Shown here: positions 14,501 to 27,669 of the stretch, one piece after another
Layout of the letters: every line of letters begins with the position of its first letter
Position numbering within the stretch: the first letter of the stretch is position 1
Origin: the human T2T-CHM13v2.0 reference genome, Homo sapiens
Assembly (NCBI RefSeq): GCF_009914755.1
Contig: NC_060926.1
DNA length: 64,000 nt
Direction: 5' to 3' (one strand)
Made by a program: the position numbers and the translations under genes
The notes under the pieces: model-generated
The model's input: only the letters and a program-made list of their open reading frames with translations
Told to the model about the DNA's origin: nothing
The model's database searches: none

Positions 14501-17500
14501 TACTCTCACTAGCCATGTTTATTGATTGAATGGAGCTTTAGAAAAGTAGAAAGTAGATCATAAAAAAGTCCCGTACGTAATGAAAAGTGGCCCCCTGAGT
14601 CTGAACACACTGCCTTGTTACTCAAAATTTCTTCTTTTCTAGACTTAGGTGTATATTTTCAGTAGAAGTGGGGAAGAATGACAATTAACTAAACAATCCA
14701 AAGGAAGTGCTGGATCTTTGCATTTGTTATTGCAATTTTTCAGATGAAAGCTTGGGTTTCCTAGATGCTTAAATTACAGTACGATCTCACACTTGTACTT
14801 CATGAGGTTGCATTGGGATGTAGATATTTACGGATTGACCTACAGACTAAAAAACAAAGCAAAGAATCAAACAAAACAAAAACCGACAAAATATTCTTCT
14901 TCTTAAAGCCTGGATGATGATATTAACTTATACTGCTTTCATTTCAAGGCTTTTTTTTTCAAAGTGCGGAGTCGCCGAAGAGCGGACTTCACTTAGGGTA
15001 CCCGGAAAGCACATGGAAGCGAGCCCACTCACTCATGTGAAAGAGAAACGCTCACCTTTGAGAAACATATTAGAATTCCAAAATGAGTAAATCTGAGAGA
15101 AGATGTTTTAGTTGTAGCACACATATTAGTTTTGTGATTTAAGACTGGTGTTTTTATTTTAAATGCACAGCAGGAGGGAAAGGTGGGGCCTTAAGCGTTT
15201 CTGTGCTTAGCGCCTCTGCAGGCCTGATCTAGCCCTGGTCTTGTAGATGATTGTAATACTTTTATAGCTATTCAGGTATTTTGTCACCAAAATAAATATA
15301 TAGTTTATATTTAGGCAAGGCTAAAGGAGGGAATCTCAAATTTGTTTACAAGCTCAGTAATGGAAATAGAATGAGTACCAAATATTTCTATATCACTTGA
15401 AAACACCATTCATTGTTAGAGGCTCTGATATAATTTAGGCTCTGGGTAATTTTGATTTTGATAAACCTGATTTTCTAGTTTTTAAAATCTCTAATCGCCA
15501 AGCATCTAGTTTTTTCTCATTAGAGAAGCTAATGCTCTCATAATACTTAATATTCTCCATTTTCAGCAAAGCTAGCTTTAAATATTTCCTAATGCTAATG
15601 CCTGATTTGTCTAAGCATTTTAGCTAAATCTAATCTTTTATTACTGTTGATGCTCATCTCTATTTTCAGATGGTTAATTTGCTGACTTTCTGCAAAGTTC
15701 AGTTTTTGTTACATGTCTGATCAAGCTTAACAATAATTTCCTATATTAGCCAAAGGAATGTTTGTTTATGAGCTTAGAGTCATATTTATTAACATCCATG
15801 ATTAACTGAAAATTGCCCCATGTGGTATTTCAATCCACAAATGTGTTTTGATTAGAAAAGGGACAATTATTCCATTTGCATTTGATTCTAACACAAATGG
15901 TATAATTTTCAGCTCTCTTAGTCAAACAGTTAGTAGTGAAGAAAAGAAAAGGTAAGGCCTTAGAAAGACTCCCATTATGGCTGCGGCTTTCTTATCACTT
16001 AGACCCTAGTATAATTTTGTTTTTGGTAGCACATTTCTATGAAATAGTTAGTATTGATAATTACCTTAATTGTTCATATACTCTATAAAGTATCACTGGG
16101 GCATTATCTATTATGTCGCCTGACATTGATTATTGTGTACTTTCGAACATATTTCATCCTCTTTAGGATTGGATGTCTGACTATTTAGATTTAATACTTG
16201 ACAAATATTATGCATGTAGAAATCCAGTAAATAAGAAAAAATATATTTTGAGGAGGTGATTTATGTTCTCTTTAATTCCAAGTACTTTCTCTGACGCTTT
16301 CATGACCTGATCTAAATCTCCAAGTTCACTTTTTTTATCCAGTAGAATAGAATTTAGCTTCTCACGGACTGCTTGGGCACATGGCAAGGGATTCTTTCTG
16401 AGAGTCTGATGCCACTGGAATCTGGAATCTGACTTTTTGAAGTTCTGCCCGAATGGTTAGTAGCTCAGGGTGGTCTTTAGAAGCTGTAGTCCCAGCATAG
16501 AGTCTCATGGATCCCCAAGGCATGACTGGTCTGGTTAGCCTCTCCAGAACTGCTGATACAGGAGTCACCTCCTTGGAACTGTTTGTGGACCCAGTCACTT
16601 TCCCTGGAGATAAGAACAAACTTTTAGAACCAAAATTCTTGCACCTTCCTGTTAGACTGGGGGTTACTCTTTTATTTGCAATTCAGAATGAGAACTTTGA
16701 TAAGATTATCTGACTTTTGTTGTTGTCTTCCTTGGGTTGAGAGCTAACTAGGCACGTAAATTTTGGTCTTATTATCTTTTTAGGCTGGGTCTAACAGAAT
16801 GACAGAAAGGCACCAGTAGCTAGCACAATTCCCAACAGTCTCTATAATATTGACTCACTGAATGAATGAATGAATGAACAAGTGAGTTTTTCAGATATCT
16901 GTGTGACCACAGACTTGATGCTCCCATTTCAAGCTTCTATGATATCAGATTTTTTTTTTTTTACCCTGTTTGGTCAATTAGCTTTACCCAAAAGTTTTGC
17001 TCTAATTCCTAAAAAACTTCATATGAATTGGAAACGCTTCTTTCTTTTGATCAGCTTTAATCTGCATAGAACCTCCTTTTCATGCCAGAATGCCAGCTTT
17101 AATAAATCAGGCAGCTCAAATTGAGTAAATCTATTTAAATACTTATAAAATATTAAGGATGCATTTGGGAAAAGCCTCTAAGGTTATTGTGGCCCCTGAG
17201 CATCTCACAGTAACTAATTTATTAAGCAGTTTGCAAACCTGGGAAGAAAGGAAAAAGAAAAATGTTTTCATAAACCAAGAGCAGAAGCCAATTTTTCAGC
17301 TCAGATGATGAAAGGAAGCATGCATTTCTAATCAAAAAGACAGATAAGCCTTCTCTCTCCCACCATTCCCTCACCGGCAAAGTGCCTTTTCATCATCAAC
17401 AACACTCCATTCCTAATGGCTGCCTGGGCCTTTCTGCACCTTCTCCATACGCTGGTAATGTACACACAGCATCCCTTTGAAACAAGAGCCCATTAGCTGT

Positions 17501-18266
17501 GGCAGACTACCTTTTCACATGACGCTCTTCTGTTGCAAGTCATCAGCACAGTGTTAAATCATTCTTACTGGGCATGCTCAGAACCCTGTCAGAGGGATAA
17601 ACTGATATTTAGAGCTATAGCATGAAAATTGGTTTTCAGCCCCCTTGAAGGACAGTTTAAAAAAAAAAAAAAGGAAAAAAAAAAGGGAAAAGGTCATAAA
17701 CTAGACAGGTAACACCAAGCTCATTTTTTCTACCTTGGAGCTTTTCTTCTTTGGATTTCTTTGGGTGATCGTTTGTGACTCTCATTGTGATGTACGTCAT
17801 GGCTGTCCTTTTGTGCATAGAGTAGAGTCAGGGTCTACATATTGCTATTGTTAGATATTCCAGGTCATTCTGCCCCCCACCCAACACTTAGTGTCACTCC
17901 CCTCCCCCAACAAGTCAATAAACATCTGTATTAATGACAGCTGTCATTTTAAATGAGTTTGGCCTGCCTTGTAGGGTTCAGAAGTATTATCTTTCCATTA
18001 TTCTTCATGCTATCATACACAGGTGACGCAAAGGGTAGCAGTCATGGGGGCCTATAGAGAATCCTATCTCACAGGCCCTTAGTCTTAATGCCTTAATGGT
18101 CTCATCATTTTCCACATGCCATCCTGAAAGAGGGCCACCTTGTTCCTCCTGCCTCTTTCCACATGGGTTTATCAGGCATGAATTTTATATAATAGTAACT
18201 GTTTTTTGTTTAATACAACATATGTAAAGCATATGGAAATGGTTGGAAACAAGAAATGTAGAGTTT

Positions 18267-18302
18267 GTAAGGGTCACTTTGTTAGTAAGGGTCACTTTGT
18301 TA
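18267..18302. repeat. Perfect 18-bp tandem duplication
   Basis: gtaagggtcactttgtta x2 (18267-18284, 18285-18302). Confidence 0.95.
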
Positions 18303-20344
18303 TTTATTTTTAAGAGCCAGTGTCAACAAATTGCATGGTAAACCTAGCTATGGCTTATCTGAGAATCATCCACCATGTTTATGCAGGAAGTAATAAACAT
18401 AGTAATAATAGCGGTCATTTATTAATAATAAATTACTCATTTATTAATAATAGAAATGGTGTATTACTTTTATTACATAAAAGTAGCAAACGTAGCGCCA
18501 GAGTGCAGTGATGGTTTTCAAAGACCCACTGACTGGAAAAAAACGGGTTACTAAGGTTAGCCTATATTTTCTTTTACTCAGGGTAAGCAGAAGGAGGGGA
18601 CTTGATTTCTGACATGTTGCACATTTATTTGGAGTCAACTCATTTGTTATTTTAGGCCTAGATTCCTAAGTGCATTTTCTTAAGGTGCTTACATGCATCC
18701 TGTATCCATGTCTTTCTTCCACCAGGAAGCTGGTTGGGACATGCTCAAAAATGGGGCTTGAGTGAATTATTTTTCTGCCAATGAGTGTGGTGGAAGGAAC
18801 TATAGACTGTCATCTTTACCAGCAGGCATGGTGACATTTCCTCATAGCTCTGAGTAATGCAGGGGGAGATTAAGACCAAGTTGAGTATTGCTATTTCCGA
18901 GCATAATTCATTTCCTTGACATCACTAATGCCTTCTGACATTTCTCACCATATCCGGGGCCTCTGGGGACAGAGCCCTGTGTGACTACAGTTGCTCTGAT
19001 CTGGCCCAGTTCAGTTAGCTTCAGACATTAGCAAGTGGGAGTTTCTGGGGCCCTGTGATTTTGCTTTTGATGGAGCTGGTCCTTTAATGGGTCACCACCT
19101 GAATCATCAATGTTTTGATGAAGCATTCAGCCAAGTAAGGGGCAAAGCATAACCATCAGAGAACTAATACTGACTTTCCCCACCCTGCACTGCAACCACT
19201 CGCCAGCCAAGTGGCAGGAGAAAGCCTGGCAGTTGCACTGGCTTTTCTGATGATAAGATTCACCTGGTCATACAAAGACTGACCTCTTCCAGAGAAAATC
19301 GGATTCAGAATGTCTCCTCTGAAGCCTGAGAATCTGGCTGTACTAGGAGCCCCCAGTGATTTTCCTCAACAGGAAAGGGACTTTGTAAGGATTTTGGGGA
19401 AAGTTCTTACGTGCCAAAAATTCCTGCCTGGACAGCAAGTTGATGAGCATTTTGACTCTTTAAATGAACAAAGTCTACTGGATAAAATGATCCCAAAGAA
19501 CAAGCTCAAGTATCAGAGAAGGGTAAAGGGAGGAAAGAAGAACGTGACCAGATGAAAAAAAGTATATTAAAGCTCCGGAAAACTCTATAAAACTCAAGGC
19601 AGTGGTGGGGGTGAGGGGATTGGATGGGGGAACTAAAGGAGACTCAAACCCCAAGATGGTTATCTCTGCCTTCTTGCAAGGGCTGGTTTTAATCACTTTC
19701 TTGTAACTTTGCTGGTGTCATTTGTCAAACCTTTGAATAAAAGTTGCAAAGTGAGGTTATTCAGCGGGTACTTTCATCCATCTCCAATTACTGACCAGAG
19801 TAGGGGGTGTTTTGCCATTCCCTGGGTCTCCAGCTTGTCACCTGCTTTTGTTCTATCCTGTAAGGCTCAGCACCAAGCTGGAATGGAGTGCAGCATCAGC
19901 CCACCCCACCGTCCCCGCTTCCCTGCTCCCAGCCCCTTTCAAACAAAGCCCTTTGCAGCCTGTTGCATGCACCTTCTGGGTGTGCTCTCCTGGAGTCTGC
20001 TTTAGAGACTTCCTCTTGTGGGGATTTACCGATTTGAAACAAATCCCTTAGCTTTGGTCCTGAATCCCATAATTTTCAACTGTGTGATGATCAGAGTTGT
20101 TCATCAGCCTTAATAACAATGTGGTAGAAGCAGGTTTCCTCCTGCTGCTGTTCTGTCACTGCTGTGCCACCTGCTCCATCCCTGGGGGGTGCCACCAAGC
20201 TCAAGTGTCTGCAGTTGACCTCACCAATTGTTGAGAGGAAGGATAGGCACAGGTACATGGGTCAGATGGAAACAAGAATATCCTCACGCACAAGATGTGG
20301 CCCCTTATGTTAAATCCAAAGACAACTGAAAATGTCAGTGGCTA

Positions 20345-20520
20345 AAGTTTATGAAGCACTTAGCATGCTCCAGGCAGTATTCCAAGGGTTGTGCATGGGT
20401 TAATTATTAATCCTCACAACAACCCTACCAGGTCAGTAATATTATCAAGCACATTTCTCAGATCCAGTCCATGATCACATGGATAGGAGGTGAGAAAATG
20501 GACTCAGGCCCCCAGGCCAC
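20345..20520 (-). mobile_element. MIR SINE
   Basis: ttatgaagcacttagcatgctccaggca..taatcctcacaacaaccct is the reverse complement of the MIR 3' half. Confidence 0.65.
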
Positions 20521-21164
20521 CAACATGAGACCTACTGAGCATGTGGCTGGCCTTGAAGGGAGGTGGGAATTTGACGGAGGATAGTATCTCTAGATAAGGG
20601 GAGGAGGCACAAGGGGCACTGTGGGTTGAACAGGCAGCCAGAAAGCACTCGGAGAAGCATTCTGGATGACAACTTGTGTGAAATTAAAAAAAAAAAAATC
20701 CAAGTAAAGGTTTCGGGAAAGGCCAGTATCTGGAACTGTAAGATGATTAGAAATCATCCTTTGCCTTGGACCAACTGAATGCACAGAAACAAGGCATAGG
20801 TGGCGAGTAAGGCCAGTGGAGTGATTAGGAAGAGGGACAGAAGGGCATGTCTAAGCTGTCACAGCTGCAGGTCCACTCAGGGCTGAGCCTGGAACCAAGC
20901 AATCATGACTTGATGCCAGTGGAGAGAGTAATTGTGTTGATTGACATATGAATTTGAATATAAACACTTTGAAATGTTTAATTTTGAATTCACTTGGCCC
21001 TTTATGAACGTTACACATAACTTAATTTCCAAAAGTATTTATCTGATTTTAATTGTATATAAGATGATAATACTGGTTTCATTGCTAAGGGTATCTCTTT
21101 CCTGGCCCACATACATTATTTTTCTTTTTAGCCTTTCTTTAAAATGATGCAAGGGGAGATAGTA

Positions 21165-21781
21165 TTATATTATCTAGCACATTTAATGCAAACCAGATAT
21201 GTATTTTGAAAATTCATATTTTTTATTTTTTTAGAAACAAGGTCTTATTTTGTTGTCCAGGCTTGAGTGCAGTGGTCACTGTAGCCTCTAACTTCTGGGC
21301 TCAAGGGATCCTCCAATTTCAGCCTCCAGAGTAGCTGGGACTACAATCATGCACTACCATGCTTGACTAATTACTTTTTTATTTTTTGTAGAGTTGGGTC
21401 TTGCTGTTTTGCCCAGGTTGATCTCAATCTCCTTGCCTCAAGCAATCTCTCTGCCTCAGCCTCCCCAAGTGCTGGGATTACAGGTATGAGCCACCACACC
21501 AGATCTTAAACATGTTTACTAGACACATTAAAAGCATAAAAAGAATTACAGAAAATTATTTTCAATAATATATTTTATTTAATCCAATGTACCAAAATAT
21601 AATTTCAACATTTATTCAACATAAGACATTAATAAAATATCTTTACATTATCTTTCTTGAACCAGGTCTTTGAAATCAGGAGTGTATTTTTACATTCATG
21701 GCACATCTTAGTTCCAACTAGTCACATTCCAAGTGCTCAATGGCCACACGTGGTTCGTGGCTATCATGTTGTGGGGGCACA
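21165..21781 (+). mobile_element. MER33 (hAT-Charlie) DNA transposon interrupted by an AluJ
   Basis: aataatatattttatttaatccaat, gtctttgaaatcaggagtgtatttt and ctagtcacattccaagtgctcaatggccacacgtgg match MER33; orientation relative to the consensus is from memory. Confidence 0.85.
21219..21504 (-). mobile_element. Alu SINE, AluJ-like
   Basis: Diverged reverse Alu (gtagcctctaacttctgggctcaagggatcctcc; gtgctgggattacaggtatgagccacc) with a short right-arm deletion. Confidence 0.93.
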
Positions 21782-21799
21782 ATTCTAGCGGCTAACAGT

Positions 21800-21990
21800 C
21801 ACCCCACTGGTCATATTCTGGCTCTCTCGCCTTTTAGCTGTACAGACTCAGAAAAGTTAGTTAACCTCTGTCAGCCTCATTTTTCTCGCCATAAAGTAGA
21901 GATAATAATAAGGACCAAATGAGTTCATGCATGAAACTGCACTGAACCTGGGCACAGTTTTGAGCTCCTGGGATGCCCTCAATAAATTTC
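21800..21990 (+). mobile_element. MIR SINE
   Basis: aagttagttaacctctgtcagcctcatttttctc..ataaagtagagataataata..aaatgagtt matches MIR. Confidence 0.68.
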
Positions 21991-22168
21991 AACCATGCCA
22001 GGACTATCACAGCAAAGCTACTGCCTACCCTGGCTTCCAGCATTCAGAACTTGCCCAGACTAAATATAATGTTCAGTTTCTGAAAACATTAGACTCTCCA
22101 TTTCTCTCTATAATTTTTTATTATACACGTGTAGAGACACACATCTATATTATATCTTTATTTTAACC

Positions 22169-22362
22169 TAGCAATTCTCAATTGTTTATGCCCCACACCC
22201 CCCACCCAGGGAACATTTGGTAATGTCGGGAGATGTTTCTGTTGTCACAACTCGGGGTGGGGGTGCTGCTGGCAACCTAGTGGATGCTGCTAAGCATCTT
22301 ACAACTCATGGGGCAGCCCATCCATGACCCCAAATTTCAATAGTGCCGAGGGTTAGAAACCA
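22169..22362 (+). mobile_element. MER20 (hAT-Charlie) DNA transposon
   Basis: cagggaacatttggtaatgtcgggaga..gttgtcacaact..ggatgctgctaagcatcttaca..tcaatagtgccgagg; perfect 8-bp TSD ttttaacc at 22161-22168 and 22363-22370. Confidence 0.92.
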
Positions 22363-24724
22363 TTTTAACCAGACTAAAATGTGGACACACATGTGTATAT
22401 GTGCCTTTATTATTCTTTGGTGTCGTTTGGGACAATTTAGAAGGTAAATTATAAGTAAACTATCATGGGAAGACACCCATCCATGATCCTTGTGATGTCT
22501 GTTACTTGTTGTGTAGAGGGTCTCTGCACAAGAAATTCCCTATATAGGCTTCTTCAGGCTTTCAGGAGGGGAGGCAGTATGGTTTAGGGAGTCAGATGTG
22601 GGAGGCAGATGAGCTCCCACACTCCTGTGACCTGCCACCAGTCAGTGGAGGCTCCACCATTGTGGGGCTGATTGGAACATGACAAGGATTTGGCTGCCAC
22701 TGGACTTGCTTGCTTGCCAGGAGCGAGTGCCATGTGAAAGCTGACAGCTGCCTTCCTGCCCCCTGAAGTCTGCAGGGTCACAGGAGCCAAGAGAAGGAGC
22801 AGCAGCCCCGCAGTGCCAGCTCTGGGGCAGGTGGCCCCATGAGGAGGGCCCTTCCCACTACTCCCCCCCAGTTATAAGCTGTGACAGATTTACTCAATTC
22901 ACTCCAAGACTGCTGAGAAATGGTTCCACCGCCCCGCTTGTAGCTCGTTTTAGAGTGCCCTGTTTATTCGCAGGGTTTCCTCGGGGATTTGTAAGCTCCA
23001 AGCTACAAGGGGAGTGCAACAGCTTGCTTTTTCTCCTTTGTGTTCTCTTGGGAAGTCCTTGCCGGGGTTTCTTCTAGTCTTGGTTTCTACAGTTGTGTGC
23101 TTTTTCCTCTTAGTATTGTGCTATTTTCCCTTGTTTTTTTCCCGTTAAAGTCTTTTGAGTTTCTTGGGTTCATTTTAGAAGTATCATTGTACACTGCATT
23201 GGCATTGAGGCTCATTTCATAAAAAGCCCCAGTGGATGGAGGGTTTCAGTTTCCTTTGCTCTAGATTGTATGGAAAACTCACTTGTGGATCTTCTTGCTG
23301 CAAAAAGCTGCTTTGATGCTTTTTTGGTTTCTGCCTTCTTAGGGGTAGCTGTTTTATTTGTGATTTCCTGGCTAACTGTTGATGATGTCTGTCATTCCCG
23401 GTGACTAGAAAGGATCCCTCACACTGCCCTCTGTTCATGAAGGTGGATGTGTGGTTCTGGAGAAATACAACACTGTGAAGCAACTTCAGCTTCTCATGCT
23501 GTACCTGGTAGCAGGGCTGGTATAGCAGAGATGCCTTGACTGCAAACTGCAGTGGCCACTGGTTCTGGTGACCTAGTTCTAACCCACCCCAGACTAAAAG
23601 ACCACACTCAACAAAAGAGTATGAGCTGGGAGCAGAATCCCCTTATTGTCCACTAAAATTCAAAGTAAGCACGGGCCCCAAAAGGAAATATTCTGGCTTT
23701 AAGACCATGTCTGGTGAACAGATGAATTAAAGCCAAGCGGCTGGCTAGTTGCCTTGCCAATGCTGGGGAGCAATTCCTCTCCCGCGTGGCTCCTACTCTC
23801 ACCGAATAATCAGGTTCCTTCTGGCTACCTGGAAAATGCAGAATCAAACACCTGTTTAAGTAGATGTGGCGAGCTCTGGGCCTGCCACCACCAATCCATC
23901 TGCAGTGCACGACATAACATTCACCAGCTGCTTTACTTAGCATGAGGTGGGAGCACGACGCTTTGATGAAAGCATCAACAACACACTTAAACCACCACTG
24001 AGTCCAACGATTTCCACATCAGTGGGGAGGCACAGGCTTGCAACCTGGAGTCTGCCAAGGTTTGCCCAGGCTGGGGGATGGGAGGGAGGCTGCAGGAGCG
24101 CAGCCTAAGCCCAAGTGAGCCTGGGCCCGCTGCTGACCTCCTGAGACCTTGGGCTGCAGCAATCCTTCTTCGGGAGCAGACTGTGGCTTGGCTAAGCCAG
24201 CATTTGGATTCTAGAAAAATGAGGGCATTCTGTGGAAGCAGCCATGGAGATCATCATTTTACACAGAGCAGTTCTCGCCTTTGTCTGGGTAGAGCTCAGC
24301 TTATGGAGAAAGCCTGAGGAAAGGGGAAAGGTTTTATTTTTTGCCTCTGCATTTGGGCGTGTGTTTGCGTTTTGTGTTTGTGTGTGGCGTTTTCATTTTT
24401 CCTTTTGGTTAAGGTGATGTTGAATCTGCGCTCCTTTAATTTTATTGTCACCATTCTGGTCCTAATAAAACTGGTCTTTAAACACAATTAATCATGTGGT
24501 GCAAGGCAAACAGCATACTCATTCCCAATACACAGATTCCCTATATTCTCAGCAGCTGATGCCATTCTAGAGAATCTCAGGTTATTTTGAGGGGTGGTGC
24601 CAGAAGAAATATCAGAGCCTGCTTCTTGAAACAATTTATGAATAATTGAGTAACAACAAGGGAATCGCTCATCTTTTTTTCTGGCTTAATGTTTGCATCA
24701 AAGCAGAATCAGAAATGGAACTGA

Positions 24725-24945
24725 ATCTTTTACTGAGTGCTTAGTACGTGCTAGGCACTATTCTAAGTATATTCTATTAATTAAGTAATTTAATCTTCAC
24801 CAGGCTACAAGGGAGATATGTCAGTTTTACAGTTGAAAAATCAGATGCACAGAGAGGTTAAGTAACTTCTCAAAGGTCACATTGCCAGCAAGTGCTGGAG
24901 ACAGGCTGTGAATCAGGGCCATCTGGGTTGAGAGCTGGCAAACCA
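24725..24945 (-). mobile_element. MIR SINE, near full length
   Basis: tactgagtgcttagtacgtgctaggcact..cagagaggttaagtaacttctcaaaggtcaca is the reverse complement of MIR. Confidence 0.8.
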
Positions 24946-27634
24946 GGCTGCATCCCAGACTGCTGGAATCCCATGCTTGTATCGGTTTAGAAATGAATTC
25001 ATTTGTAAACATTTCATGATGAGGCAATTCTAAAGTACATGCTTCCAACATGTAGGCAACTCTTTCTCAGGAAGCCTAAGTGCTTTCTCCTAAAAGTCTT
25101 ACTCAGGATCCTGGAGAGGGGAGGTTTTGAGTCATCACCTCTTGTTAACTGGGTTCTCACATACTTCAGGGGCTATCCTAGTCCCCTGGGTGATTTCCAG
25201 TCCTATGTACTTTGAACTGCTCAGAACTCTGTAAGCAAAATTGTTTGCTGATGTGATGTGCAAGAAATGTGGGAATGGCACAGTGTGGAAAAGCAAGGAC
25301 ACATTTCCAGCCCCCTGAATGGTTTGCATGAGGAGAGTTGAGGCTGCCTCCCCATATGTTTGTCTTCCTCCCACCTCTAGTTGTCTGCTTCCTTCTGGAG
25401 TTGCCTGCTATCCTAATGTGTCCCAGGTATCCATTTGTTCCACTAGCATCAGGGAGCAATTGTCTTCAGCCTATGGAGTGTCACTGTTTGACCCAGGGCC
25501 CAAATCAAAGTCTTTAGTTACCACACTTGACAAAGGGATTTATCACCAATGAAAAGACAAATCAATCTACTGAAACTTAACTTGGTATTTCTCTGGGAGT
25601 CATACCAAGGCTCAGAAGGTCACTCTCTAGCATTAAAAGACCAAGGTGTTCCAAGACCAATGCTATCCATTATGACTTCCCCATAGCCAAGAAATATTCC
25701 TTATTGACTAATAACGTAAGGGGGAGAAGAATGAGGGCAATGGAGGAGAAACCTTTGCAGTGAATTGATCTTTCACACATGTTGGCTGAGGACCGGAGAC
25801 CAGGATGGGCAAAGCCTTGGTAGGAATCCCCACCTGCTCCATATGTGCCAGAAAAACTCTGATTTTAACATAAGGTAGACTATTTCCTACATTTTACTTA
25901 ATTCAATTCCAATGAGAGGAGAAGGCAGAAAAAACAAATACAGGAGACATAGAATGTAGCATCAACTCTCCACTGATTAATTGTGTGATCTTGAAAAAGT
26001 CACCAAAGGGCTCTCAACTCAGTTTCCTCACACACCTCATGAGGGATTGGGCCAGATAATCTGTTATCTTCTGCTCAGCAATAATAGTAATAGTTATAAT
26101 TTCAATGTGTGTGGATGGAGTTATGCTTCCATTTTTCTTTAGGAGTCTAAAGAAAGTTAAAGTTTCTTCAAATCGTGAAAAATTTAAGGAGCAACCAAGT
26201 TTATCATTTTCACTGAATATCATGTGTGTATATATATTCAACAGCTGGAACATAATATAACATTTTTTTTTAGTAATTTCAAAACACATGCCATGTGCTG
26301 AATGGAGATTTCTAGGACTTCTACAATTGCTAACTTTAACACTCACCTCTAATATATTCCGACTTAAAGTGTGCAACCTTGTTTAAAATGCACTGCTAAA
26401 GCATATATTTTCATGTATTGCTATGTCTGAATGCATGATAACCAGGTTGAAAATCAAATTATCTGTGTTAGGGTGAGTATTATAGTGTGAATACTGCCTG
26501 CTGTGCTGTGAATGAATCTTGTAAACACAATCAAATGCATCTTTCCCTTTCTCACGCATTCAGACCCCCACCCTGCTTGGAGAGGCAATTCTTCACCTTC
26601 CGCTTCCCATTGTCACAGCAGTTCATGTTTATCGTGGGTGACATCTTCAGCTTCCATGCAGCGTGAGCTATGCCAGGTTGCAACTGAGCTTTCTCCTCCA
26701 AACATCAGCCTTCAGATTAAAGCTGTTTCACGAATAATGAAAAATAAATAAATATCCTTATTCCAGAAGTTTGTGAAATGCTTTGTTTAACTACAAGTGT
26801 CTGCTGAGAAATTTCTGTTCTCTTAAACTGTTTTATTGAGGGCAAAGGGTAGGTGTTTAAAGGGAGCCATGTTTGCTCCATTGAGAATTTACTAAATTAT
26901 CCAAATAGTGGAGGAGAGGGATGCTGTGTGACATTCAGAGAGGACCCCAAACTTCAGGAAGCGGCAAGCCAGCAGACAGCCAAGAGCTTTCAGGGAGGAG
27001 AGTGAGTCCTCTGCTAAGTCACAAGCCCTGAGAGCGTGCTTTTCAGTCACGGCCCCACAGCTGTCTAAACACTTTGTGAGCAGCCATGATAGTCATTCAT
27101 GGAGTGCACAGCTTAGATAATGAAGAGGCACTAAGAGAAGACTTCATCTGAAGAAAGAGGCTCTATTTTTCCAGTGCCATACAAGGCAAGATTGCTGTGA
27201 GATCTGAGCAAGGGATGACCCACGCACGGTTGTCCTGGATCTCTCCTCTTGCTGGCAGCATCCTTGCCTGATGTTGCCAAATCTCCAAAGTTCGCAACTG
27301 CAATGTTCGGAAAGGGAAAATAAACTGTGAATTATGGGGTTACCCTGACCAGTTCTTTCCGTAACAACTCAGTTAATCTCTCCCTTAGCAAAACAGTAAA
27401 GGTGCTGGTATTAGAGATGGATTGCTCTCTCCTTCCCTGCCTTTTCTTTCTGCTTTTCATACCTGTCCCTACCTAAATTCTCAGCACTCATTGCCCACAA
27501 AGGACCTACAGCTCTCAAACAGTTCTCCACCCACTTCTCACTGCACAGCACCCACGCTGGGCAGCCCTTCAATACTTTCCTGGGCTCCTCACTCTCCCTG
27601 TCTCCCTGTCTGTGGATCTCTGGTCAATCAGTTA

Positions 27635-27669
27635 TACACTTGATCTTAGCCAAAAAGCTGAGACGTGAG
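27635..27669 (-). pseudogene. RNU2: U2 snRNA 5' fragment (nt about 1-35), tailless retropseudogene
   Basis: tacacttgatcttagccaaaa is an exact 21-nt reverse complement of U2 nt 15-35, and agctgagacgtgag continues the match to nt 1; flanking repeats ggtcaatcagtt (27622-27633) / gataaatcagtt (27670-27681). Confidence 0.85.

Noticed and set aside
15205-15225. CTCF-like tagcgcctctgcaggcc
   Set aside because: One base shorter than the CCASYAGRKGGCRS core; no ungapped alignment fits.
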